A DNA stretch of 64,000 bases from Leptogorgia sarmentosa (taxonomy: Eukaryota): the NCBI GenBank assembly GCA_964658305.1, contig OZ210884.1, positions 7,006,001 to 7,070,000 of the forward strand, given 5' to 3'. Shown here in pieces: positions 13,331 through 26,395 of the stretch. Positions within the stretch are counted from its first letter, which is position 1; every line of letters starts with the position of its first letter. The notes below the pieces were generated by a model, which did not search any database, was not told the DNA's origin, and worked only from the letters and a program-made list of their open reading frames with translations. Position numbers and translations under genes: made by a program.

Positions 13331-16300
13331 CTTGGAAACTGAAAAAAAAACAAGCATATATTTTTCACTGTTCTAGTTGAGACCCTCAACGTACCAGAAT
13401 ACGTCGTGACTCAGGAACGCCTGTAACAATAACAAGGCGGAGAGCTTTTCTCGCCGTGCAGCATTTCAATTGCAATATTTCGAGTGGATCGAAACCTTCA
13501 AATAATACGCAATATTTAGTTATTTAGACTGAGTAAACAAAACCACGACTTTCACTTTCTATCGCGTGCATGTGGAATAAATTTCTTAACGTCCCTCGCA
13601 TTCCAATTATAGAAATGATCCAGTCTGAAGGCTGAAAGTCGTTTTTTGACTACACGTGGGGCAAATGAAAGTGAATCGAGCCGTTGTTGATAGGAAGTGA
13701 TAGATTGTTTGCAATCACAACGTGTGCACGTAAAAAATTTTCAACAAGGTGTTCGCAAGAATCTTGTAGCAAGCTTTTCAACAAGTTATAGCAATGTTGT
13801 CAGTATGCACTTCTCACTCACAATTAAGTCTGTAGAGTCAACAAGCTAATAGCTTGTAGCAAGCTGCTGCAGGTTTGTGACAACTTGTGTGTTTTTACTT
13901 GTGTATACGTGAAATTTGATTGATTGTGCCACGTTTGCCGTTGACAGTTTCAAACGAAAAGGCTCGATCGCTAAAACAACCTCTCCGAGCTATATTGACA
14001 CGTTTCGTCACTGCTATAGCATGTCATGTGCATTTCAGAATAAGTGAGCAACATATTGCTATACATATTACGTAATTCCCTATATACATTTTCCAACTTT
14101 GAATTGCATGTTTATTTAGGAGAGAAAAGGCAATTCCAGCTGTTAAGTTATGCTAGCTAGTTATGCTAGGGGTGATGAAAATTGTTAGAATGATGCCTTA
14201 CTTCCCATCATCCCCTGCATTATATAAACTAAAAGCTGGAATTGCTCATTGTGCTGGCTTATAATTGTGTGTTGTGCAATTTTATTAACAAGGAAGCAAA
14301 TACAGAACCAAGAATTATCAATCCTTTAAAAATTGTATAATGTATTTAAATTATCCAGTTGCTTTTTGGTTCTTCTGCATGGCTAGCATACAACAATGAA
14401 CTCAACTTAAGAGCCAATCGTACAAACATTTTCTCTCATTGCAAGCATATATTAAGACTCGCGCAATATATTCGTATTTATGTATTAATTATATAATGAT
14501 GCATGAGAATTAGTTATTTTTTGCAATATATAGTTGAATCCTCCAGATAGTCAGATACATATATCCCTTTAGGTCTTGGGAGTATCTGATATATAAAGCA
14601 GATATAAAACTGATCTCTGTAGTCTACAGCCTATACTAGTACTACAGCATTGAGTTGGCTGCTAACTGTGAATAATCCAGAAAAATTCCGAGCGAGTCAG
14701 TCTGTATTTGTTAGCGACGATACTAACACAACAAGAAACCTTTGCCTTTTAAGGTGAACGTTGAGAATATAAGCCCTGCGGAAACACGGATTCAAGCGAA
14801 AAAAATGCATTTAGTTTGCCGCCTTTCATTTCTCTTTATGCTTTTTCTCTTGGTGTGTCGGAATAATTGAATGAAATCTACACCTGGACGATGTGATCAA
14901 TCGTTTGAATCCGGTAGCGCTTGAAGGGACCTCGATTTACACTTGAAATTTTAAAATAAAGAGAGTCTTTATTCAGGGTATATTGACGCATTTGCTAAGA
15001 CAAGAAGGTCTTCTTCTAGAAAATGCTGTCTAATGCTTTGCAATATATCCATGCTGAGCAGAAGTAAAAAATTAATTAACTTGCATGTGTCGATGAAGCG
15101 AAGCTTCGTTTGATTGTTAAACTACAGCGAAAAGTTAGACTGAATATAAGAACAGATAATAGCCCTTTCATGTTTTCACTAACTATATGTACTAGAATAT
15201 ATATACTATACACGGTAAAATATGCAGGTTTCACCACAGTCGCTGGTGTTGTCATAATTTAAATGGCACGAATAGTTTTCAATTTAAATTTTCTAATTCG
15301 CGTGTTGAACATGCACGTGTCGTTTTTAACATGATTAATTTGAGGGAGTGAAGCAAATGAAATAACCCCTACAGTGGCTCTCACTTATGATTTTATAACT
15401 CACTCCAGAATATCCTTCATGAACAATAACAATAGGGGGGATAAAATCCGTATCTATGGAAATCGCTTCTACAAGAACATCCCCTGCGACAAACGAAGGT
15501 GGTCTACGATATTTTTGACACTATGATGTGCTAATTTTTCAAGCAAAAATGATATCGAAAAGCCGAGATTATCACAATGATAGGACGTTGGATCAGTGCC
15601 CTGGTTGTTGTGTTTATAGGTGGCCATACAGCAATATTTTGTTGGCAGTTTCTATACGATTCCGATTTCCATTGTGTTTAATTACAAGACTGTTCCATTA
15701 TGTGTTGTGGTCAAGATTTAAAAGTGGTCAATTATTATGGAAAAGACTAAAGAGAGAGGTAATTTAGGCATTGATGGTGCTTGAAGGAAATGCCCACAAC
15801 AGGAAAATGTTTTGATAGAAAATTTATTAATAGCTAACTAAAGCTAAGTAGTTTACAAAATTGTGAGATAAATCGAAAATAGAAAGTAACGCACTCTTAC
15901 GTAACATGCCATCTTGGGTTTACCACCTAAAATTTGCTTCGAATCGATGTATGTATTTTACAACCTTCCTCAACAATCATCATGCAACTTAGAATCGATC
16001 GTAAACACCAACACGAAAAAATGGTTTGATTTTTATGATGTTTTTTTGCAAATCACATGAAGAAAAAAAATGAGTAGAACCTTCGCATATTCCTAATATC
16101 AAAGTATATAAGTATACGAAGTGACGTGAACGATTGCACGCGAACGAGAACATGTTAAAAATCCTTAAATCTTAACAATCTAAAACCCTTACCTTACAAA
16201 TTTAACCAACGATGGTGGAATAGTAATCCGTGAATTGAAATGATTTAGTGGAACGTTGCTAACAGGATCGTGGTGAGATTATGCTGCTTTTGTTTTGCTA

Positions 16301-17387
16301 CAAAACTGACAGAGCGCAAAGAAAGGCCCAATATAATGGATGTTACTGCGTTTCCGTCTGTTAAATGCTGTTGCTACTTTATTAAACATGCCAAATATGT
16401 GTTCCCACACTTCAAGCTGAAGTGCTTCCCACGCGGCATATATACTGAGTCAGTCCACAGAGTAGAAAGATTTCTTTAAATTTTTATTTATCTGTAAATT
16501 AGGTAAAACGGCCAAAGACATCCAGTATAGCATGCACGTTGGAAAACAATATCGACAGGAAAACTATGAATGAAACAACGTGACGAATTCAAATTCAAAT
16601 ATTATTCAAGTCAAATTCATTATAAAACATCCGTTTGCGGTTTTAATTTTGCGTTTATGTATCAAAGTTACTCTTACGAAACACAACATTAATTACTTTG
16701 GATTTTACGGTTAAAAATAACATTTCGTAAAGCGCTAGAAAATAAAGTTCAAATTCAAACTTCTATATGCGTACTTTCTTGAAAAGTCTGAAGGCATGCA
16801 ATTGTTAGACTGCCACGGTTATATGAAGCGACAGTTGGTTGTCAAATATTTCGTGCATATATGCATGAAGCCCGAACGTGAGAACAAATTAATATACAGC
16901 TAATGAGTGTCTCCTTTGATATCGAATGACAAAATTATATAATATAGTATCAAATTTAACGACGATTACAAAAGTTATGATTGCTGAATACAATGGCGTT
17001 CGACAGCAATTTAGTCATTGATGAATAGAGCAGAGCTATAATTATAGTATTTATTGAAATTTATGAATATAACAGCAAAATTAATAGAACTTTGCGTTAC
17101 TGCAAGTGCCGTGTCGAACCGGGATTTTTTCTAATCAGCTTTATTTATAGCTATAATGCATTGAGCTGCCATTTCGCCACCAATCTACCAATAATTATTA
17201 TGCAGAATAGTAATTTCAGTTAAAGAAATCCAGTTTCTGTCCGAATTTGCACTCGATTCAGCACTAAAGTGTATACATAAATGATAATAATAAAAATTGG
17301 GTCTTATCGCGAGATTATTCAAATGGTTGTTCAGTTTGTTAGGTAATAGTTCATATATTATTAATTTTGTGTTATGCATAAATCCTA

Positions 17388-17610
17388 AGGCCAGTTGTTT
17401 AAAACCAGTTAACTTAACCATGGGTTTAGGTTAAAATTCAAAGGAAACCCTTTTGTTCATGAATTTGAAAATATTTCTTCACAATCTTGTCCGGATAAAA
17501 TAGAGCTTTCTTTTTTCAGCACAAAGAGATGAAGGAATGTACAAACTAAAACAGTAGGGTAAATTTAACCCAGGGATTAGTGTTAATCCAGCTTTGAACA
17601 ATCAACCCGG
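17388..17610. mobile_element. Degenerate MITE (GGCCAGTTGTT... / ...GAACAA termini); related end fragment near 23143-23189
   Basis: Left GGCCAGTTGTTTAAAACCAGTTAAC and right GTTAATCCAGCTTTGAACAATCAACCC are imperfect inverted copies. GTTAATCTAACCGGCTATTGAACAACTGCCCC near 23160 resembles the same terminus. Confidence 0.45.
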
Positions 17611-17700
17611 AGAAGAAACTGGCATTTGTTATAAAAGATTTTATAATTCTGGAACTAGTACTGATTTATAAATACATTTATGATAAATTAGAAAGGTAAA

Positions 17701-20700
17701 TTAGTTTTTAATGGCTTCTGAAGTGAGGATGGCAGCTCCACCACCAGCCGAGGTTGCAAACAAACTCTGGTCAATCACAGCGAGTTTCGCCGGATCTTTA
17801 CTGTAATACTCGAACCGTACTTTATGTAAGAAATCATGAAGGAGATTACTTGGTACCATGGAAACAGTGCAACCACCCCAGCCAGCACCAGTGAGACGAG
17901 AACCAAGAGCTCCAGCAGATCTAACAATGGATTATTCAAAAATAGATCTTTGAAGCGACTATAGAATATTACCTGCAATCTTCTAGCTGACTTAACATTT
18001 TTTTAAAATTTTGAAAAATACAGCAAATTTGATACCAAACGAATAGAAATTCATTCATAACGTTTCATATGTTCTTGTATTTATAGCGCAGAATCATGAC
18101 CTTGACCGATAATTATTGTTTAACAGTTTGGAAATACAAACAACGTCTCCCGAAAAAGACCCGTAAACACGGAAGAAGAATTTGCCCGAAACGTCAACGA
18201 AAGGGCTAAAGGAAATTTCATATCAAAATGTGCAAAAACTCTGAATTTCAACGACGTTCGTACTCCTTATTGGAGAAATTGGGTTAAACTAAATCTTTTT
18301 CAACCCCCTCATCATTTGATGGCAAAATAAAATAATTATAAAGTAAAATAATCAAATTACTTGCAACATTTGACAAGTTCGTCCAGTTCATCACAGCTAC
18401 ACTGATACTGACGACTACAGCTAGCGTGACTTTGATCCATTAAACCTCCAAGACACTGAAAGAATACAATACAAAATATTAACGGACGTCGCCATTTTTA
18501 TTAAAACGAGATTTTGTGCTTGACAACGCGCTACACGGAGACGTGATAGAAATGACTGCAGTCTTTACAGTTACTCTCTTGACGTGTTTTCTCGAACCTT
18601 AAAAATTTGGTTTATAAACTTCAGTAAGTAGTCCGTGACTCTGTGTAGTACGAATTTAAATATATCAAATAATGAGCTTACTAAATGATGTAAAACATAA
18701 TTTGACGTTTTCAGCAAAGGAAATTCCTTTGTCCTTTGTCAGGATATTAGTAGAGGTCTCGAAACGTCAGAATTGGTTTTGTCGTTGGTAGTGAGTTCAA
18801 CTTTAGATGCTCCCTGGATGAAAAAAATATTCAGGAGTTCCTTACCACAACTGCATTGTCTGGTTTTCTTTCGCAAACTTCACGAAATCCCAAAACTCGC
18901 TTTGCTTCACTATAAACGTGTTTAGCTCTGTCGTGTAGTTTGAAGGAACTGACTTGAGCTGTTGAATCGCTTAGACATTCCTTGATCAATTCATCTTCCT
19001 ATAAAAAGCGACAAATCACAAAGAAGTGTTTAATTCGAGAATTCAAACAACTACGTACATGCATTTCAGGGGGTGGGGCCACTGAGGCACATTTATGGCT
19101 CTATCCGACATTAATTACAGGCAATACCAAATATGAAACTTTAATTTTCGACAGGGCCGTAAAGTAACTCCAAAGGAGGAACCATGCCCCTGCTAATTCT
19201 TTACTTACAAACTGGTGACTTTCATGCAAATGACGGGCGATTAAACAACTTGTGCAAGATCTTACTCAGATCGCTATTGCGAACAAGCAATAGTTTTACA
19301 TGCACTTACACTGATCTCAAGTATTTTACATATCTCCCCTCTTGTATATTCTCCATTGTGAAGAATTTCATCCACATATTCCAACCTACAATATGGTAAG
19401 CGTAACGACATTAATGTAAGTATAAATAAAAGAAACGCCTAGACAAAAATTTTATCCAACTGTTTAGGATCTAACATCTTGAACGATACACAAATAATCA
19501 ATGAGCAAATTTCTGTGCATGAGCATTAGCTTCTCCTAGCCTAAGAATGAAATGTGGCGGGCAATTTTGCTTTATAAATACTAAAACAAAGAAACAAAAA
19601 TAATCCTACATTTTCTCTAACGTAGCGTCCAGCTTCTCCTGAACCTGGGCAAATTTTCTCACTGATCTCCAACCGATACCTTTAGCTTTGGCTATGACCT
19701 GCATGGCATTAAAATACCGCATCATCAACCATGTAAAATTGTACATACAGTTAGGACGTTTCATTCGTGCATCAAGATGCTTAAGCTAAAGTTGGAATTG
19801 TGTTGAAGGCTGGGGTCAAATTTTTTTTTCACGTTTTCACCGTTTTTTTCACAGGCTGATTGATTGTACTATTTGCTGTATACTATTTGAGGGAGGAAAG
19901 GCGTGAACATTTCCAGGAGTTTGCGTCCTGAAGGTATTTCCTCCAAGTCTCTTTCCCAGTCTGTCTTCAGCCATCTTAGATTGTACATTAAATTATGAAT
20001 GGCATGACAGTGCATAGTGTATAAAAAAATGTGAATATTGGTAGGGAAAGAAGCCATAGTATTTGCTTTCGACCTGATATGGAAATTATGATATCATTGC
20101 AATTATCGCATCAGCCATTACTGTAATTTCCCACTATTGTACCTAGCGAATGCAAGTGATGGGCATCGCCTGGAAGATATTTGGTTAAACATTTGAAGGG
20201 AATATTCTAGAGATTAAGGTATACGTATGATTCACAACAAAGAAAACTATTAATGATGACAATCATGCATGGGAATATTTCTATGAGCTAAGCTACAGAA
20301 ATCCTAATGTAGAAATCACATATACAATACGAGAACAATGTAAACAAACTGTCTACCTTTGCTGCGGTGCGACATTCAACTACGCGAACATTGAAATGAG
20401 TGCCAGCGGTCTCTGATTTATTCATTTCTACCTGCAAAAACCGAGAAATTTCACCAATTTTGAAACATACGAAAAAGACAACAATTATGGTATAACGTTA
20501 ATAAAAACTTCATACATGTAATTTGTAGATTTCACTTATACAATATTGATATAATATAATCATGCTGGAATACTATTGCAAATGCTGTGAATCGATTGTC
20601 CCCCCCTCCCCCATAAATTACAAGTATAGCAAAACATTAATTATCCTGCATGGCGTTGGCGTTTTCGTCACAAAGAAAATATCTTTTGGCTCGCATTTTG

Positions 20701-23700
20701 AACATCTTGTGGAATATTCTACGACTGATTCTACTAAAACAATTTGGGTTCGTAATCTATTCATTGTTCACAAATAGTAACATAGCTACATGCATGCACA
20801 CTGGACACATAACCATAGCAGAAAAACGTACCAGACTATTAGCAATTACAAATACAACTCCATCAGGGAGAGTGATGTCTTTATATCGAAGAGGATCAAA
20901 CTCAATGTGTTTGGCCTAAAAAGCAACAGTATACTAACATATACCGGTAGAACTCAAAACGGGGAGTCAGATTCTTGAATGTACGAAAGAATGTTCAATA
21001 AACAACAAGACTGGTCCTGCATTAGGAAAGACATAGAATTTTCGAAACTCTATAAAAACTGTATTGATCATTTTGTTCCACTGGGTATTGAAATGTCAGT
21101 AGGGCAGCACGATAGGTATACGTCATGACTCCACTCACTGTTCCAAAGCCCGCCAAGAAAGAGCAAGCTTGATCCATCCTGTATTATGGGCAGAAAATTT
21201 ATTCAGATAAGCGTGTATACTATCATTAAAGCTGAGGCGTTTTCATACGGTGCATTTTTTGAAACTTTATGAAAACAGTTCTGAACGTAGTTCTCAAGTT
21301 TCTGACATTAACTATTTATTTTGACAATTTTACTGCAGTCTTGATCCATTTAATGTGAATACAATCATTTACTGGGCTGCCTATATGCTTGCATAGGTCC
21401 TCTTTTAGTTACTGGATGAACGTCAACAATACACTGAATGACCCACTGCGTATCATAACGATTATAATAATATTATAATGGTACATGAAGTCACTTACCC
21501 GCCACCTTCAGTGCCAATATACCGTTCACACTTTGTACAAACCTCAGCAATCTCAATCTGAAAGGGAAATTTGATTTCTTTTTCAATGCTGGACTGTGGT
21601 GGTATGAACTTGTTTACTAATGGCTGCAATACTTCGGATCTATTGACTTGAGAGACCAATCTTCAACAATTAAACTATAAGACCAAGCTGGTTCTACAAG
21701 TAGGCCTAGATGACAATTCACAACTGAAGGCCGGCAACTCATAACTTCAACATGTGGCCGTGCATGTAGGTAGCGAATAACAACATGAACAAGCAGCGAA
21801 TGCAAGTTATCTCAACGGTAAAAGACGAGGATAATGGGTTTACCTTGGTGAGTTTGCCGCAATTGGCATGCATTGTTGCTAAACCAGAACAGCAGACAAA
21901 TGCCGATGAACTTGATAACCCAGCGTTCTGTCAGGGGCGAAATGAATGACACGAACAGAAATGAATGACAGACAAGTAAAAATCTTTAAATGAACACTGT
22001 AGTTGCGTGCAAATAATCTTGACAGTTGAAAAGTCAAGCGTTTTTATCCAACATGGAAGCTACGTATAAAAAGGCGACTAGCACTACAAGGATAGATAGC
22101 CAATAAGAGTTTTAAAAGTTTATCCATATTGCCATTCTTGTTTCAAATATGTGAATATAAAGAGTAAATAATATATATTTACAGTATACCTTGGGTACAT
22201 TTCCGTCTATCAGTATGTTCATTCCAATAGGGTGTTTAATATTAAGATGCTCAATAATTCCCTAAAGAGAATACCATTTATGACTTATATTGTTCCTTTT
22301 CACGTGCTACATACCGGTACATAAGAGTATATTTCGCAAATCAAACGTTGAACTAATCTAATGCGCTCTTTAAAGCTGTGATGATAGGCGATATTCCTGA
22401 TCAGAGCAGAATTTAGTCTGTTATGCAAATTGTATAACAGACTAGCCAGCACTACAGGATACACTAAAAGCCTTTCAGTATTGCATCAGGGAATTGGTTA
22501 TTGGTCCCCTTGACCACTGGAGTTACTGTAGCTCTAATGTTATCCATGGTATAATGTTACACTGTACCTTATAGCCACAGAGGAAGTAGTGATACCATTC
22601 TGTGCCATCTATTTTGTAATCTTCACTACCTACTTCGTATCGCCTAAAATGAAATACAAAAAAGTTTTTTTTAACAAGATTTTTGCGACAACATGTTAGG
22701 CAGTGAATAACAACATCAAAACAGGTAGTGAATAAAAACATCAAAACAACTCTAAAGCATTTCAAACAAGTGCCGTTTGTTAGAAATTAGCGAATATTTG
22801 AAAGGCATTTGACATTAGAAACATCAGAAACATCAATTACACATTTTCCTTCATTTCCCAGGTACTAGCACGTTCATATTTTGAGATAAATGCCTTACTG
22901 GAACTTTTGGTCCATGTTGCACAAAACAATTTTCCCATCATGATTTGGTGCGACAGCAATCACTATATCTTGTTCTATGGCCATTGGTAAGACACCGTAG
23001 CCACAATAATCTATGTGTTCACCTTAACAAAGTGACAGCAATATTCTTTTAAAGAAGGAAAAGCCAAGTGGGTATGCGGCAATCATTACTGAATTCACAA
23101 ACCAACTTTTATATTATATTGAAAAATTTGGCTTCAACTTTAAGTTAACCGAGGGTTAATCTAACCGGCTATTGAACAACTGCCCCTGATCTATAAGCAC
23201 ATTTCTCAATAAACAATAAAAAACAAAACAAACAATAAACAATAAAACTTACCAATGATATTAACTCTTCCTGGGGCTCGACAATAGAACAATGGTGTAA
23301 CGCCATATAAGGAATCGAATTTTTTTTTCATTGCTTTATATCTAAAATCGTAACCAGACATATTCCAATAAATTCGATAGCAAGACATATCTAAGGTATT
23401 AATAGGATTACTGTCCAGATGACTGTTCAGGGGAATATCATTTTTTTGCATAACTGCATGTATCGCTCGTTGTCTCATTGGTATACCACATGCATCTGCT
23501 GCGAGCATTATCATGTGGTTATAAAGCATCACGTATTTGCACGTACGCGTAGAAAGCGGGACCAGGACTGATGAGGCGTTAACGCCACAACATGCGCATG
23601 TATGCGGATGGTGTTGTTGAGGTCACTAGTGCATGGGTGCAATAACATTTGCAATATTTCAAAGCTCGCGTCCCTTGTAGTCGCTCCTTGTGGTTATCTG

Positions 23701-26241
23701 AGCACTCTTTCTTGCCGCATGGCACTCTGTATCGGTGTTATACCACATGCGTCCACCGCGAGCACTCTCATGTGGTTAAATAACGAGTCAACGCGTATTT
23801 GCACGTGTACAAAGCTGCAGCAATGAGGCGTAAACGCCAAAACGCACGCATGTAATGCGTACTTATACAGACCACTCTCTCGGTGTGTACCACATGCGTC
23901 CGCTGCGAGCATTCTCATGTGGTTAAATATCACATTTGCACGTGTACAAAGCTGCACTGACGAGGTGTAATCTGGCCGCATGGCACTCTGCATGTATGGA
24001 TGTCTTGGTATACCACATGCGTCCGCTACGAGCACTGTCATGTAGTTAAATACCGAGTCATCACGTATTTGCACGTGTACAAAGCTGCACTGACGAGGCG
24101 TAATCTGGCCGCATGATACTCTGCATGTATGGATGTCTTGCATGGGCGTACGGACCCTATCTTGTTTGGGGGGGCACATTATTGTTTGCCCGACAGGACC
24201 TGTGCAACGACATTTGAAGTGTGTGTGGGGGGGGGGGGGGGGGCTGACAGATAGGGGGGGCGAAGCTCACGAGGCACAACCATGGTTGGCGCCGAGCGAG
24301 AAAATTTTAAATATTATGGGTCTCTAGATCGTCGGAAATGGCATTTTCAAGGTGTCATATTATACCTCTTTCGTTATGTAATACATATTCGATCTGAAAT
24401 ACTTGAGCTTTGGAATTAGAATACTTCAAATAGGATGTTTTAGAGGATAATAATTTTCATCGTATTGTTGATGTTATATTGTCTAATAAAGTTAATATTC
24501 TATCAACTATGATGGAGTTATGTTTGCCCGAACGATTCGAGCTCAATTGCCCGACCGTGAACGGTTTGGGGGGGCACAAGCCCCCCCGTGCCCCCCCGGC
24601 CCGTACGCCCATGATGTCTTGGTATACCACATGCGTCCGCTACGAACACTGTCATGTAGTTAAATACCGAGTCATCACGTATTTGCACGTGTACAGAACT
24701 GCACTGATAAGGCGTAATCTAGCCGCATGGCCTGCATGTATGGATGCCTCAGTATACCACATGCGTCCGTTGCCAGTGATGAGTTTGGAGGCCTGGGCGA
24801 GCACTGTCATATGGTTGAATATCGAGTCACACGTATTTGCTCGTGTACCACCACTGATGGTACCACCAATTTAGCACCACTGACTAGCCGGATGAGGCGT
24901 AAACGCCGAAACATGCCGATATGTATGATTCAGTTAGGTGTTGCTGAGCTAGTGGGTGTTCCTTCAAAACATTGCAAAGCTTGCTGAGCACTCTGGCCAA
25001 ATGTGCAGATGCATCATGTCTCTGTGTGTAGCACAAGCACTCTCATGTCGTTATATAGGATCCAAGTCATGGATCTATGTGTTGTATCATGGTAATGTGT
25101 TGGTTTTTGTGTGGGACATTGCATGGAACAATGTCATGCAGTTTTTTGGTCATGTCAAAAGTGGAAAAAGTCTTCCAGATCCAATATGCTATCCAAAGTT
25201 CTCTAATAAAAAGGTATTGGAATTCCAGAGGACATTATTAATTGAATTGGTAAAGTGAGAGGATGTAAAAATGCAGATCCAACATCACAAAATGTGGACA
25301 CCATTCAGAAAGAAGGCATGAAGGAAGCTGCTGGTATGAAGGAAGCTGCTGGCATGAGGAAAGCAGAAAAGGCCAATAAAATAAAGGAACTGAGACACCT
25401 AGATGACAATGAAGTGTGCAATCAATGTTGCCACAATGCCACTTCAATCTACCTAGCTTTGAAGACGAGCTGAACATTGCTGATGAGCTGGCTCGCATGT
25501 AACTCATGCACAATGTGGTACCACAAACAATGTATTCAACTGAAATAGATATTTGACTGTGCATCATTTGGAATACACAGCTTTAAAATGGTTTATTGTA
25601 CGTACTTCAACTATGTAGTATATTGGTAATATTAGTACCTATGAGGAGTCATATGAATGACTGTATTTTATTTTGTTCTTATCCAGTTTGAAAAATACAG
25701 CATCTGATCATAATCATATTAGGATTCATATAGATATCTGTATTTTAATTTTTTAAATCAGGGCTCGATCATCAACTCAGTTAATGTGTCTTGATGATAG
25801 GTTAACCTAACAATTTCAGCTGTCAAGACCTAGATACGTTTGTAGTAGGCATTTTGAGTAAATTCTTATTTGATTTGAAATCTTGAAGTTTGTGGTCAGC
25901 TAAAGGTGCATATGAACAGTACTCACATACTTTGATGCATTAAGGAGAGGGGCAGTTTGCTAGCATTTGATCCGAATTCATTGCCATATCATTGCTTTTG
26001 AACATATTTTAAAAATCCGATCCCCCACCTTTTGTCTGGCTTGTTAACGAACTGGAAAGCAATGATAGATTGATACTACACAACTCACAACTGTGTCAAA
26101 GTTGAATTTCCAAGGAAATTAATTAATTGCTGGGAAATATTTGTATTTCAAGTACCTTGCCAACGCGACAGCTCCAGACGTTGGGTAAACAAGATTTAAA
26201 TCATCACAAACAGGAACAAACTCGCTGTTTTCTCCTTCCAT
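17701..26241 (-). CDS. GALK2: N-acetylgalactosamine kinase / galactokinase 2 (GHMP kinase), multi-exon
   Basis: Spliced motifs [92 protein letters not shown] and [17 protein letters not shown] 26239-26241, TAA 17701-17703. Confidence 0.95.
23455..24960 (+). repeat. Tandem array (~6 units, mostly ~120-150 nt) carrying degenerate type I hammerhead ribozyme motifs (retrozyme-like), in GALK2 intron 1
   Basis: Recurring TACCACATGCGTCC...CACGTATTTGCACGTGTAC...GCACTGAYGAGGCGTAA unit. CTGA(T/C)GA cores at 23568, 23957 and 24090; variants at ~23820, 24704 and 24889; CGCCGAAAC at 24904-24912. Confidence 0.7.
24141..24613. mobile_element. Non-autonomous hAT-like element with 8-bp TSD, inserted into the tandem array
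   Basis: TIR CATGGGCGTACGG / CCGTACGCCCATG; exact TSD ATGTCTTG at 24133-24140 and 24614-24621; G-runs and C-runs near the ends. Confidence 0.9.
25130..25570 (+). pseudogene. Decayed coding fragment with a PHD-finger-like C-terminus (probable transposase remnant)
   Basis: One frame reads VCNQCC...*...[15 protein letters not shown]...*IFDCAS, the Cys/His spacing of a PHD finger, broken by stops. It is preceded by a Lys/Glu-rich segment with an 18-bp repeat (ATGAAGGAAGCTGCTGG). Confidence 0.45.
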
Positions 26242-26395
26242 TTTGTATCTACACGAAATCTGAAGCTTTCTCTTCTCCTGAGTAGTTTTTCATGAACTGG
26301 TGTTGCTGGTGATGCACTGATGCTTCGTCTTTATTGGCTTCGCCTCGTGACAGGAAGTAAACACGGCTCAATCATATTGATCCTTTAAAAATCAC
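26242..26395. promoter_or_regulatory. Putative bidirectional promoter between GALK2 and the myotubularin gene
   Basis: About 155 bp separate the divergent ATGs (26241 and candidate 26396). The interval contains ATTGG (inverted CCAAT, 26333-26337) and an ETS-type ACAGGAAGT (26350-26358). Confidence 0.55.

Noticed and set aside
13400..17380. Long interval between tetraspanin and the GALK2 3' end
   Set aside because: Only short low-complexity ORFs and eroded repeat scraps; no supportable gene or RNA.
23206..24987. Ankyrin-like reading ([13 protein letters not shown]) and other ORFs across the tandem array
   Set aside because: Unit lengths do not preserve frame or a 33-aa period; the nucleotide-level hammerhead pattern explains the repeat better.
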